Shown here: in pieces, positions 13,943-25,179 of the stretch
Layout: every line of letters begins with the position of its first letter
Numbering within the stretch: the first letter of the stretch is position 1
From: Rhynchobatus australiae
Lineage: Eukaryota
Assembly (NCBI GenBank): GCA_034780895.1
Contig: JAUZTB010000072.1
Location: 8,289,476 to 8,353,475 of the forward strand
Reading direction: 5' to 3'
Length of the DNA: 64,000 nt
Made by a program: the position numbers and the translations under genes
The notes under the pieces: model-generated
What the model saw: only the letters and a program-made list of their open reading frames with translations
Told to the model about the DNA's origin: nothing
Databases searched by the model: none

Positions 13943-14219
13943 TTACTTTCTCTGCCTCTGTGAATGCCTTGTGGTAGCCTTGGCAGGTCCTTTCATCTTC
14001 TTTGGGGTTGCAGGAGACTTTTTAGTAGACCCACGCCGAGGCTTTTGAGGTGCTGTTGGCTTTTTAGCCAACTTTGCAGATGATGGCCTTGACTTTTTAG
14101 CTGTTTTTTTTGCGGGTACTTTCTTTGACAGCATGCTCTTCTTAGCAGTAACAGCTTTCTTCGGTTTGGCAGCTTTTCGCTTCTGCAACTTGGCCTTGGC
14201 TCGTGGAACTGGCTTCTGC
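13943..14219 (-). CDS. HP1BP3: HP1BP3 last coding exon (Lys/Ala/Pro-rich, H1-like basic tail)
   Basis: Acceptor at 14220-14221; phase 2; QKPVPRAKAKLQKRKAAKPKK...HSQRQRK, TAA at 13943-13945. Confidence 0.93.
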
Positions 14220-14611
14220 CTGTTTCAGATTTTAAATGTGATAGCTTTAATACTGGTAGTCTAGTCAAATGGCTCTATTGACTGCTCAAGGTTACAGTAC
14301 AACTTTGAGCTTTAGTATCCACCAGGGAAAGAAAATGTTAAATGGCTCTGACAAAGGACATTAACTGAAACCAAAAGGTACTATATTGTTACTCTTTCCA
14401 GGCATTGGTTAAGCATATTGAGTAATTGTAGCATTCTATTTTTGTTTCGGTTGCCGAGCTTATTTTACTTCTTACCCGAGTCTTTGTAATTTTTAAATGT
14501 TGATGCTCTTCATACTGTTAGAATTCCCAACTGATTAGTTGGGCAACCTTGTCAATACATTAAAAATGCAGCAACAAACATTCTCAAAATTATTTAACAC
14601 TAAACACACAC

Positions 14612-14743
14612 CTTTTTTTAGGTGGCTCATCTTCGTCAGATTCTTCTTCTGACTCTGATAACTCATCCTCATCTTCCTCTTCCTCTTCTACCTCAGATTC
14701 GTCCTCTTTCTGATGCTGCTTTTCAGGGAAAAGGACATTTGGA
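14612..14743 (-). CDS. HP1BP3: HP1BP3 exon (acidic D/E tract)
   Basis: 132 nt, phase 2/2; PNVLFPEKQHQKEDESEVEEEEEDEDELSESEEESDEDEPPKK; AG/GT boundaries. Confidence 0.93.
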
Positions 14744-16256
14744 CTAAAGAAAATAGAAATATTTAGTCACAGTTAAGGGATGTTGCTCAACACCAAGAAA
14801 GCTTGATCCCAACATTCTGCCCGTGACCTAAATGGAAGCAGTCCTGCAATAGCACAGGTAATCCTGATAATGCACAATTTAAACAGCAAATTATTAGAAA
14901 CAGAGGTATATAAAGTAAATTAGAAAGCAGAGCAAAAAAGATCCAAGGAAGAGACAGAAAAAGACCAACAGGAAGCTTTGAAGCCTCAGTGTGCGTCTCC
15001 CTGCACTTAAAAGTCAATGATGTACATTTGAACTGTAGTCAGCTGTAATGTAAGAAATGATCCAAGTACTTTAAAAGCTGTATTTAGATTGTCCCTTCAT
15101 GAAAACCCCAAAGATGTCCCATACAGATTTGGAAAACAATGATAGACCTCCAGAGTAACAGAATACATTTCAAAACAAAAAGCTCCAGTTAGCACATTAA
15201 AAATACCAGTTGAGTGCAATAGGAAGGAATATTATGGTGCTCAACAGAAAAATACACTATCTTTGATAGATGTCAAATTCATATTGTCCAAGCTCCATAA
15301 GCATACCAAAGTAATACAAAAATCAGTGGTGCTATAAATACATTGAAAAAACCACCCCTGAAATACTTATTCAAAGTTGTTCAACTAAAACAAATGCCAT
15401 TTACTCAAAGCATGCTAATTATCTTAAACCTCAATTACCTTGCAAATACTCAATCCTCTCTGCTGGCCAGATAGTGGTTATGAAACAGACTGAACAATCT
15501 AATCGCCTCTGATGAATCCTGCTACTCGAGATATCATCACAAGGACGCACAATTAACTTGCCGATCCACCAGCAGCTTCAAGAAAATCAGCTGTTGCAGA
15601 GATGATGCCAGGCAGAAATGGTCCTGGCTGGGTTCTACAGTTGCAACTAAGAATGAAACAGCAGAGAGGTCTGCTGTTGGTCACCATGTTAACTCACACC
15701 CTGGGTGCATCAGAGAATGGTCAGCTGGTCAAAATGTTTGCTAGGTAAGATGTAAAATTCAGAAGTAAAAATTAATTGCCCACTTAAAAGTTACTGTTGT
15801 GAATCCACTAAAAGGAAATAGAAAGTACAAATCTTAAACTAATTTGCCAAAAGGCAATTACTGACCAAGACGGTGACTTTAGGGGGTTCAGAGGACCAGA
15901 ATTGTTAAATCAAACCCCATCATTCACACAACCAAAATGTACACAATGCAAAACATCTCTTTCAGTGTAATTTTCAAGCCTTGGAATATTTTTCTTTAGA
16001 TTTCAATAATCAAGCCTTATGCTGAAAATTAAAAACTAATATTGGACATGCCAAAATAACAAGCTTCGTATTGAAGTAAGTCCCCATTCCCTGTATCACT
16101 GTCAATGGCTGTAGCTACTTCCACACAGAGGATCAACAAATGAGAATGTGGTGTTTCTAAATATGGAAACATGCAAGCCCTTTGACCAAAACTATATGTC
16201 AGTATATTGTTGGATTTTCACATTCTTTGTTATTTAATAATTAAAACTGTTCTTAC

Positions 16257-16368
16257 CTGGGGTAAAATGGGAAACAGAGCTGGAAGGACCCACTGAATCC
16301 TTTGCCCGAAATCTGTTCAATCCATCCATTTTTTTCACATTTCTGCAGTGTTCTCTTCAACATATGCA
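16257..16368 (-). CDS. HP1BP3: HP1BP3 exon (end of third H15 globular domain)
   Basis: 112 nt, phase 1/2; MHMLKRTLQKCEKNGWIEQISGKGFSGSFQLCFPFYP; AG/GT boundaries. Confidence 0.96.
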
Positions 16369-18798
16369 CTGGAAAAGATAGCACAGGACAATCAAAATAG
16401 TAATGCCGAAAATTACATTCATTTGGTTACAGTGGTATGATGGATAAAAGGTACAGGCCCAAATCCATTCTTCTCTGCAGAATGGAACTTCGCTTTCCTT
16501 GGAAGAGAGAACAGCAATTAATGCTTTTGAAAGAAATGCCACTCCAACTTTCAATTACAATACCTAACACATTATTCAAATTTAACTTCCGCATGCCAAA
16601 TATTACATCTTGTTGCAACACTACAATAATGTAAAATTTGCTCAATTTAGGTTCAATCACAAAAGAACTATGTGGTCCCTAAATAATAATCAACACAGTA
16701 TTTCCTTTGGTAGAAAATATGAAACCCATTTTAATCATCTGTATTCATTCCTGCTCGAGGACACAGGTTACATACTGATTAGTACCATCACGTCTATTTC
16801 ATGAAATCTGGTGAGATATCATCTGGATTATTGTGCACCTAACACTCCTACCATAATAATGATATTCCAGCTCGAGACAAGGTATAATGCATATTAATGT
16901 TGATAATCTCTCACTTAAGTCACTGAAGCATGGGGAATGATTTTATGTCTTGGCTTTATTCAAGAGTCTGGGAGGGAAGCCTGATCCATGCCTTCTACAT
17001 TATTAAGGGAATTATTAACACAAGCAAATTTGATGCGCACTGAGGGAGGGGAGCAGTTAGTTGTGCAGCGGTTTCACTTTACTGAGTTGGTGTGCACTTA
17101 AGCAGAAGACCACCAGCTCTTCACTAAATTAGCTACAAACACCTTGGAAAATGAGATTAAAACAGAAAAATGCTTATATTTTCAAGTAGTAAGTACAAAG
17201 TTCTGTCCTCCCATACCAAGACTCATCATCTTCAGTGATTTAATGAACAATTTCTGATTAGTTGAGATGTGTTGAATTGGCTTTTGATCTCTTTGCAACT
17301 CAACAAGAAATATGTTGTGGCATGTGTGGGAGCTTACTGTGTAATAGTCAAACAAACAACATTTTAATTTGCATTTTAATTCAGATTTCTTTACATCTGG
17401 AGGAGTATGAACAACTGTGCAACGAGTTTAAGAATTACAAATTGGTCTTCATTTGTGCCTTGCACTTTGATAAGATGGCAGAGATTACTACCCTTGATCA
17501 GTGTGGGTAAAATTAAGGAGAAATGTAATAACTGAGATTTAAAAGCGCNNNNNNNNNNNNNNNNNNNNNNNNNNNNNNNNNNNNNNNNNNNNNNNNNNNN
17601 NNNNNNNNNNNNNNNNNNNNNNNNNNNNNNNNNNNNNNNNNNNNNNNNNNNNNNNNNNNNNNNNNNNNNNNNNNNNNNNNNNNNNNNNNNNNNNNNNNNN
17701 NNNNNNNNNNNNNNNNNNNNNNNNNNNNNNNNNNNNNNNNNNNNNNNNNNNNNNNNNNNNNNNNNNNNNNNNNNNNNNNNNNNNNNNNNNNNNNNNNNNN
17801 NNNNNNNNNNNNNNNNNNNNNNNNNNNNNNNNNNNNNNNNNNNNNNNNNNNNNNNNNNNNNNNNNNNNNNNNNNNNNNNNNNNNNNNNNNNNNNNNNNNN
17901 NNNNNNNNNNNNNNNNNNNNNNNNNNNNNNNNNNNNNNNNNNNNNNNNNNNNNNNNNNNNNNNNNNNNNNNNNNNNNNNNNNNNNNNNNNNNNNNNNNNN
18001 NNNNNNNNNNNNNNNNNNNNNNNNNNNNNNNNNNNNNNNNNNNNNNNNNNNNNNNNNNNNNNNNNNNNTCCCCATTACACATCATTCAACAACAGTCTCT
18101 CTTGCATAAAGCTAAACAGTACACCTTAGGCATTATTTCTCACAACTTCATCATGAGAGAAATTGAACTCCCTTTTAAATAGTTTAAAGTAAAAGCTTTA
18201 AGAAAGTAAGGTTTCCCATTATTCTAATTCCTTTCTTCCCTAGCTTGGTATTGATATCTTTACCCTAATTTGTAAAACACCCAGGGATATTTGTTTACAC
18301 TGAAGTAAAGCAAGTGAAAATTGTTGTAACGTCCTCACTTTCAAACAGATCGACAGACTACATTCTTTAATAGCAGCACCAATCAACTCAGAGGGTTGGG
18401 TTATACAGTTTTTCAGACTGATGCCATGCATGAAGCTTCAAGTAACTTTAAAAAACACACACAGCGTCCACTATCAGCACGTTTATTGACCTTTGAAGAG
18501 CATCATGAAGTTTGACATAAAATTATATTTATTCATTACTGGATAATACTTAAAACAATTGTCCTTTATCAATATACAATTTGATGCAACAGAAGAAAAA
18601 ACACATAATATTACAAGAATACTAATTCTTCATACACTAGCTGCAACTTAAAATAACCACAACTTTTTATTCCCCACAATTGAACTAGCAGTTTCCAGAA
18701 TAGTGTCATTAAATTGTATCCCAGGCAACTAAATTATAACTAGCTTTTTAATGAAGTAAATATAAACTAAAAGGCAAAAAAGATAGTGTCCAACTTAC

Positions 18799-18958
18799 TC
18801 TGGAAATTTGAATTTGTTGCAGGAACCTTCTCCGAAACATACTTTTTAAGAGCTGTGGTAGAACAGGTTTTTGGTTCATTCATGGCAGTTATAGCACTTA
18901 GAATTGCATCCTCAAATGGACCTCCACTTAACAATGGCTTGTCTCCAGCCTTTTTAAG
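18799..18958 (-). CDS. HP1BP3: HP1BP3 exon (third H15 domain)
   Basis: 160 nt, phase 0/1; LKKAGDKPLLSGGPFEDAILSAITAMNEPKTCSTTALKKYVSEKVPATNSNFQ. Confidence 0.96.
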
Positions 18959-19677
18959 CTGCAACAGAAGATGGAAGCAGTAAAACCAAACGAAAAATTC
19001 TCAACACCAATCAAGTTTCAATGTTATATTACAAGTGGAGTTATGGTGTAGACTTTTCTTTGGGTTCGTTATGCATATTTCAAGATCCCAGGTAACATTA
19101 GGACAATGAAATGGTTCTGCCCAGTTCACCCAAGTAATACAAAAGCCTCTGTGTGAGAACTCATCCCTGCCCAAATTCCCCACCAGATATTCCTGGGACG
19201 AGAATTCCTCCTGCCCCTGTGTTTTCCCAAGGAGCAGGAATGTCTGACTATGGTAATATCATCAAGCCAAACCAATTAAAAATTTAATTCATTCTTCTTT
19301 TGCCCTCTAATAATTGACACTAAACATCAGGCTCCATACAGGAAGTACTCAATATCAAGAGTCCCAGACACAAATAACTACTGTTTAAACAAAAAGATGT
19401 GCTCCAATGGTTTATGCACTTTAATAGCTGCTTGCCAATTTCCTTCACTCTCAGGTGATGAGATAAAATTGAAAGGATAAATGACATTTACAACTAAACC
19501 CATGCTTCTGGGATGCAGGTATTCCAACAAATTAATACAATCCCAAACTGGTGGTGGGGAAGCAAAATCCTCTTCCAAAGGTGGTGAGACTGAAGTCCAT
19601 TTCAATGCAGCAGAATGCATGTACCCTAAACTGACAACAACACTGCCCATCCATTCTTCAGCATCAGTGGTACTCAC

Positions 19678-19768
19678 CTGGAATGTGCCCGATGCTCCCT
19701 TGCCAGTGATCTGCTCCAACTGACCCTTATCCACAGCTCTTTGCAAAGCCTGTTTGAGTAAATAGGGC
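19678..19768 (-). CDS. HP1BP3: HP1BP3 exon (end of second H15 domain)
   Basis: 91 nt, phase 2/0; PYLLKQALQRAVDKGQLEQITGKGASGTFQ; GTGAGT donor. Confidence 0.96.
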
Positions 19769-20586
19769 CTGTAAATTAAGCACATGCAAAATAATCTCCG
19801 ATGGTAGAAATGCAAGTATGATAAATCAAGCTCTCAAGAGGGAAAAAAAATCACAACTTCAAAGCATCCTTATAGAATTGAAGGGACCACTTCATGTGCT
19901 GAAGATGGCAGAATTCTGGTGAAAGACTGCCAAAGGGTTAAGTAGCATACTTATCAGACAATTTTCTTGAGCATTAGTTATTTGATTTCTATTTTGCTCT
20001 TCCCAGCTTTCTGAGTGAAAGTGGAAATGATCATGCTCGCTGGGGAAAGGGACACAGACAGAGATGGTAAAGGAAAGCAGAGCAACATAACAATATAGAA
20101 AAAGAAGAAATCACACAAAGGAAAAATTAAAACCCAAGGCCATTAGATGTTTTTTTTAAAAGAAAGAGTTGATATGACATAACATTGCTGCTCTGAGCTT
20201 CTTCCTTCCCTTTTGTATGTATGCAACTTTCCGGTGTCTCTCTCCTACTTTGGTGACTTTGTGGTTAAATCAGAAACTTATTCCTCTTTCTTTGCCTCTA
20301 CTTTCTATGATCCAGTTTTGGAGCAAAACTCAGTGGCTAAAATTCAGTTCACTTGGGAGAACTAGCCAGTTAGCCAATCAATTGCACTTAAAAGTTTTAC
20401 CTGGACAAATGACCGGACCAACTGGCAACTTTAGTGCACCTGATGACCAATCTTCAAGAATGAAAAGCAGACTACACTAAAAGAATCCATAATCTTACAG
20501 GTGGAATCTCAAAGTAGGGATTTAGTGTGCTTCACATTGGCTGTAGCCTTGGGCAAATATGCTAACATAATTCTTTACTTTCATAC

Positions 20587-20741
20587 CTGCTTTCAGCATT
20601 CAGTTTGGGATAATATTGAAGAAGATACTTCTTGATAAGACTGTATGATGCCTCTTTAGGTTCACACAGCTTTGTGAATGCCAGTGGTAGAGCATCCTCC
20701 AGTTTTATTGGCTGCTCCGTTGGTCCAGATGAAGTGGTTTT
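20587..20741 (-). CDS. HP1BP3: HP1BP3 exon (linker and second H15 domain)
   Basis: 155 nt, phase 0/2; KTTSSGPTEQPIKLEDALPLAFTKLCEPKEASYSLIKKYLLQYYPKLNAES. Confidence 0.96.
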
Positions 20742-21840
20742 CTATTAAAAAAAGAATACTAGGCTTGATCAAAAACAACTTTTCTTTGAAAAAACACTTA
20801 CCATCTGTACAATCCATTTAAGTTGTCAGTGCAGAGGTACAATATGCAAGATTTGAGGCGATCAAGATCCTGCTCCAACTGGAAAAGCATACCGACGTAC
20901 TGAAAACTGAAAAAAGTTATCAATATGGCTATTTGCTGAATTAGTGGAGGATTGTGGCCAAGAAAAACAGTGAAAGCTTTGACAGTCATTTCTGCTAATG
21001 CCTAGGAGAAAGTCCATTCACTAGTATCAGACAGAGCCTGGTTACCTGACTATGGATGGGAACCAACTATGTGGTAAGATATTTGATCTGAGTTGGACTG
21101 TACCATGCTGACCCAACTCAGTACTTTATTCAGGGCAAGATGATTTGGTTGGTATTATAACATCCTCTGTAATCAATATTTGGTGCTTTAGCCTTAAACA
21201 GATCAAAAGCATGTTTGAGATTCTCAAGTCTGTGGTCAGATATGGAAAAAAAAATTATGTCTTTCAGTGCTCAGGCTGGGTTTGGACTGGCCCTGATCAG
21301 GTCACGTTACAATTTTATAACCAAGCAGACTCCTGGATGAAAGTGCAGAGTTCAATTAAAATTCTCCAGTTTTTGTAGGAGGAATTCTCCTGCATATAGA
21401 GACAAAACTAACAGGAATATATACCAACAATAATTGGTCCAAAAAGCCACTGTCAGTTTACAATCAGAGGCATCACAATAAAATTCAAGTTGCTGCTTGC
21501 TGGACATGTTGAAATCTTCAGTTAGATTAGGTCAGAAGCTTAGCAGGACTGTATAGAAATTGTATCACTACTTTCTGCTCTAATTAAATTTTACATATTT
21601 TCTTAAGCAATTTGTGGTATTGAGGCAGTAGCAAACACTGATACCTAAATACTGTTATGCAACAAACAAACCATTCAAAATGAATTCCATATAGAAATAT
21701 GCTGAGTTACCTGACCTGAATGCCTGCAACGTGGACCAGTAAATGCATGTAGCCCCAAAGAAAGTGCTTCAGTAGTTTCCTTCCTACTCGCTTCATATAC
21801 ATTTCCAATCTATTTGTCCCTGCCAATATTAATAAATGAT

Positions 21841-22027
21841 GAGCAACACACAAGATGCTGCAGGAACTCAGTAAGTCAGGCAGCAACTATGGAAGAATGG
21901 GAAGTTGATGTTTTGGGTTGAGACCCTTCAAACGTTGACTGTCCATTTTCCTCCAGATATGCTGCCTGACCCACTGAGTTCCTCCAGCATCTTGTGTGTT
22001 GCTCCAGCATCTGCAGCTTCTTGTGTC
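21841..22027. mobile_element. Short palindromic Penelope-derived element with target-site duplication
   Basis: Arms gagcaacacacaagatgctg.aggaactcagt..gtcaggcagca and its reverse complement; flanked by the direct repeat TTAATAAATGATGAGC (21829-21844 and 22028-22043). Confidence 0.8.
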
Positions 22028-22124
22028 TTAATAAATGATGAGCCCAATTACCCTAATATTAAGTACTTGGGGACCTAAACTACCCAAGAGGTTCTTCCAC
22101 ACCATCATATGCTAGATGGAAATA

Positions 22125-23265
22125 TGGTAAAACTTTGATAATTCAGCATCAGATTGTTCGGAAATCCTGATGATTCAGCAACTACCTCAATCATTGGTCC
22201 AGGGTGTGAACTAGGGATCCAGGCTGCAAATGGGGCATGCAGCCAGAGCTGGGGTCAGGACTGCTGGCTGTGGTGGGAACACCGTGGCTCAATCCAAAAC
22301 ATTCAAGCTGAAATTGACTGGGTTCTATTTCCCAATCTCTTCAAACCCATCGGTTTCACTGGAAAATGTATTATGGAGACAAAAGAGACTGCAGGCGCTG
22401 GAGCAAAAAACAAACAGCTGGAGGAACTCAGGGGGTCAGGCAGCATTCGTGGACACAGAGGGATAGTTGACATTTCAGGTCGAGACCTTGCATCATGGCT
22501 GAGAGTGTAGAGGAGAAATAGTCAATACAAAGAGGAAAGGGTGAAAGTACATACAGAAGGTGATAAGTGAAGACAACAAAGCGCCAGAGGTATTGGAATC
22601 TGAAAAATGAAGGTAATAAGTGGAACCAGAAAAATGAGGGATGGTAGGCAGATGGAGCAAATGAGGAGAGGAGAATTTGAGAGAACCTGGGTTTATCAGA
22701 GGAAAGAGAGGGAGAGAAACACAGGGGTGCGGCTTACCTGAAATTGGAAATTTCGATGTTCATACCATTGGGTTGAAGACTACCAAGGCAGAATATGAGG
22801 TACTGTTATCTAGTTTGTATTTGGCCTCACCCTTGCAGTGAAGGTGAAATTACATGGAACCAGGAGCTCATGATGGCCACCTTCAACCCTTTGTTGTCTC
22901 CACATTACCATCTAGCCTCTGACTACCTCCACCTCCCCCCTTCCTGGCTCCAGCTGCCCTTCATCCCCCTCCTCACCTGGTTCTACCTGTACTGTCCATC
23001 TCCCCTTTACCTTCTCAGCCCTGATGCAAGGTCTTGGCCCGAAACGTAGATTATCACTCTGAGCTTACATATGTCACCTGCCCCGCTGAGTTTCTTCAAC
23101 AGTTTGTTTTTTTTTCTGGAAAATTTATTACAGTATATAACATATTAAAAAATGTGAAATGAAAAGGTGTTTGTGTATTAATAGAAGTAACACCCAAAAG
23201 TTTGAAAAATCCACTCGTCTGGCACTACCAAGTTTCTGAGGATGCAGATTATCAGAGCTTTACTA
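22125..23265. mobile_element. Tigger-like MITE split by a Penelope insertion
   Basis: Left end TGGTAAAACTTTGATAATTCAGCA versus reverse complement of right end TAGTAAAGCTCTGATAATCTGCA; TA on the left flank. Confidence 0.55.
22374..23115 (-). mobile_element. 5'-truncated Penelope-like element with inverted terminal repeats
   Basis: Minus strand ~22736-22810 encodes QYLIFCLGSLQPNGMNIEISNFR then stop (PLE GIY-YIG C-terminus). Hammerhead-like motifs at 22468-22497 (-) and 23021-23048 (+). Near-perfect 15-bp TSD CTGGAAAAT(G/T)TATTA at 22359-22373 and 23116-23130. Confidence 0.8.
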
Positions 23266-23271
23266 ATAAAT

Positions 23272-23720
23272 GCACATCACGGAAACCAGCCTTCCCTCCA
23301 TGGACTCTTGTCCATGCTTCTCGCTGCCTTGGTGAAGCAGCCAGCATAATTAAAGACCCCATCCACTCAGGACATTCTCTCTTCTCCCCTTTCCCATCAG
23401 GCAGAAGTTACAAGAGCCTGAGGGCACACACCACCAGGCTCAAGGACAGCTTCTATCCTGTTGTTATAAGACTATTGAATGGTTGCCTTATACAATGAGA
23501 TGGACTCTTGACCTCACAATTTACCTTGTAATGACTTGCACCTTATTGTCTACCTGCCCTGCACTCCCTCGGTAGCTGTGACACTTTATTCTGTATTCTA
23601 TTATTGATTTTACCCTGTACTACCTCAATGCACTGTGTAATGAATTGATCTGTACAAATGGTATGAAAGACAAGTTTTTCCACTGTACCTCGGTACAAGT
23701 GACAATAATAAACCAATACT
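23272..23720 (+). mobile_element. Rex1/Babar LINE 3' fragment
   Basis: AASIIKDPIHSGHSLFSPFPSGRSYKSLRAHTTRLKDSFYPVVIRLLN is the characteristic Rex1/Babar ORF C-terminus; followed by a 3' UTR ending aataataaaccaatac. Confidence 0.85.
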
Positions 23721-24012
23721 AATGAAAGAGGAAAAAGAGTGGATTTCTCTCACAGCTGGACGCAGTAGATAAAAGTTTAGGAATTTTGATTCTTGGACAT
23801 TGCTGTTTACAGTATGTTCCTACAAGAATAAATGAAGCAGTTAAAGATTAAGGTCTGCCTCAGCACAGCTATACCTCAAGCTAAACACTGCCTTCCTGAC
23901 CTGATGAACAATCCCAAAAAAGTATTAGAAAATGTGGTAAATAAGAGCAAAGGACATGAAAACTTGTTTTAAATTCCACTTTTACACCAATAATAACCAT
24001 ACAATTAATTAC

Positions 24013-24096
24013 CTTTTTGTCCTGTTTGGATTTATGCGATTGTTTCCCTGCATTTGACACAACCACAAAACTTCCAGAGGCACCTTTTCCCTTCAC
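24013..24096 (-). CDS. HP1BP3: HP1BP3 exon (end of first H15 domain)
   Basis: 84 nt, phase 0/0; VKGKGASGSFVVVSNAGKQSHKSKQDKK. Confidence 0.96.
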
Positions 24097-25035
24097 CTGA
24101 AGAACAGGATGCATTCAACATTATTCCTTTTACGTAATGGACTATAAGTAAGTTGAGAACTAGTTTAGAGGTCAGTAACAACATTATCATGCACTTGCAA
24201 GGAAATAATTCATCCTAGTACCTGGAATCAAGTAAAATAAAAAGTTAAACATTTCTTCACAAGGTTAACAACCATACGATCAATTGCACTTAAGTTTCAA
24301 TGAAATTCAGACTCTATTGAACTCAAAATGAGACACCAACATTGGCAGAATATAACTTGTTCATTGTGTCTATTTTCCAGTACGCTCAGGTAAGCCACAG
24401 GGTAGACAACAGCAGAGCCTAAAGGTATCAACCTTCAAATATAACCTCCTCCCCTTTGCAATGTATGTTTTCACCGAATCCTCCTCTGGACTCCTACTCC
24501 TGGCCAAAACAATTGATTTGTCTGTCATCCTTGCCCAGGAACCACACACTGTAATTGTTCCAATGTGTACTACTGATTCCCATGACATTTCAGGTTTTCT
24601 AGTGCCTAGCCTAGGTAGATTTGAAACAGAGTCAAATAGAGAATGGAAAAGACACACATTAGCTCCTACAGCAATATCATTTCCCAATAATCCTTCCCAT
24701 TTTGCAAACATGCCCAATTTACGTGACTGCTCCTCAGATTCCAATCCCTCCATTCAGTAAGTAAAATATTCTTTTTGTACTGTGGCAATCAGAACTGCAC
24801 ACTATGTTTTAGGTACAGACGAACGATGATTTATAAAGTGTAAACATGCTCTCACTATCCTAGGGATAGAGAGGAACAAGTTAGAAGTCAAATAAGCAAG
24901 GAGGGAAAAAGCAATACCACCTTTCCAGTGNNNNNNNNNNNNNNNNNNNNNNNNNNNNNNNNNNNNNNNNNNNNNNNNNNNNNNNNNNNTGATATATAAT
25001 GGAAGGCAGCTCCATAAAAAAAATCTAATGGTTAC

Positions 25036-25179
25036 CTGTTTGATAGCACCACGTTGCAGCTCCCGTTTTAAGGCTTGCTTTAGTATATATCCCCTGCGTT
25101 CGAGTTCCAGTGATGGATACTTGTTAATGATATATTTTCTTATGGCGACAACGGAAGCACCAGACTTCTGGAAACAAGC
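25036..25179 (-). CDS. HP1BP3: HP1BP3 exon (first H15 domain)
   Basis: 144 nt, phase 0/0; ACFQKSGASVVAIRKYIINKYPSLELERRGYILKQALKRELQRGAIKQ. Confidence 0.97.

Noticed and set aside
13943-14188. Histone H1-like stand-alone gene
   Set aside because: It is the spliced basic tail of HP1BP3, with a proper acceptor and matching phase.
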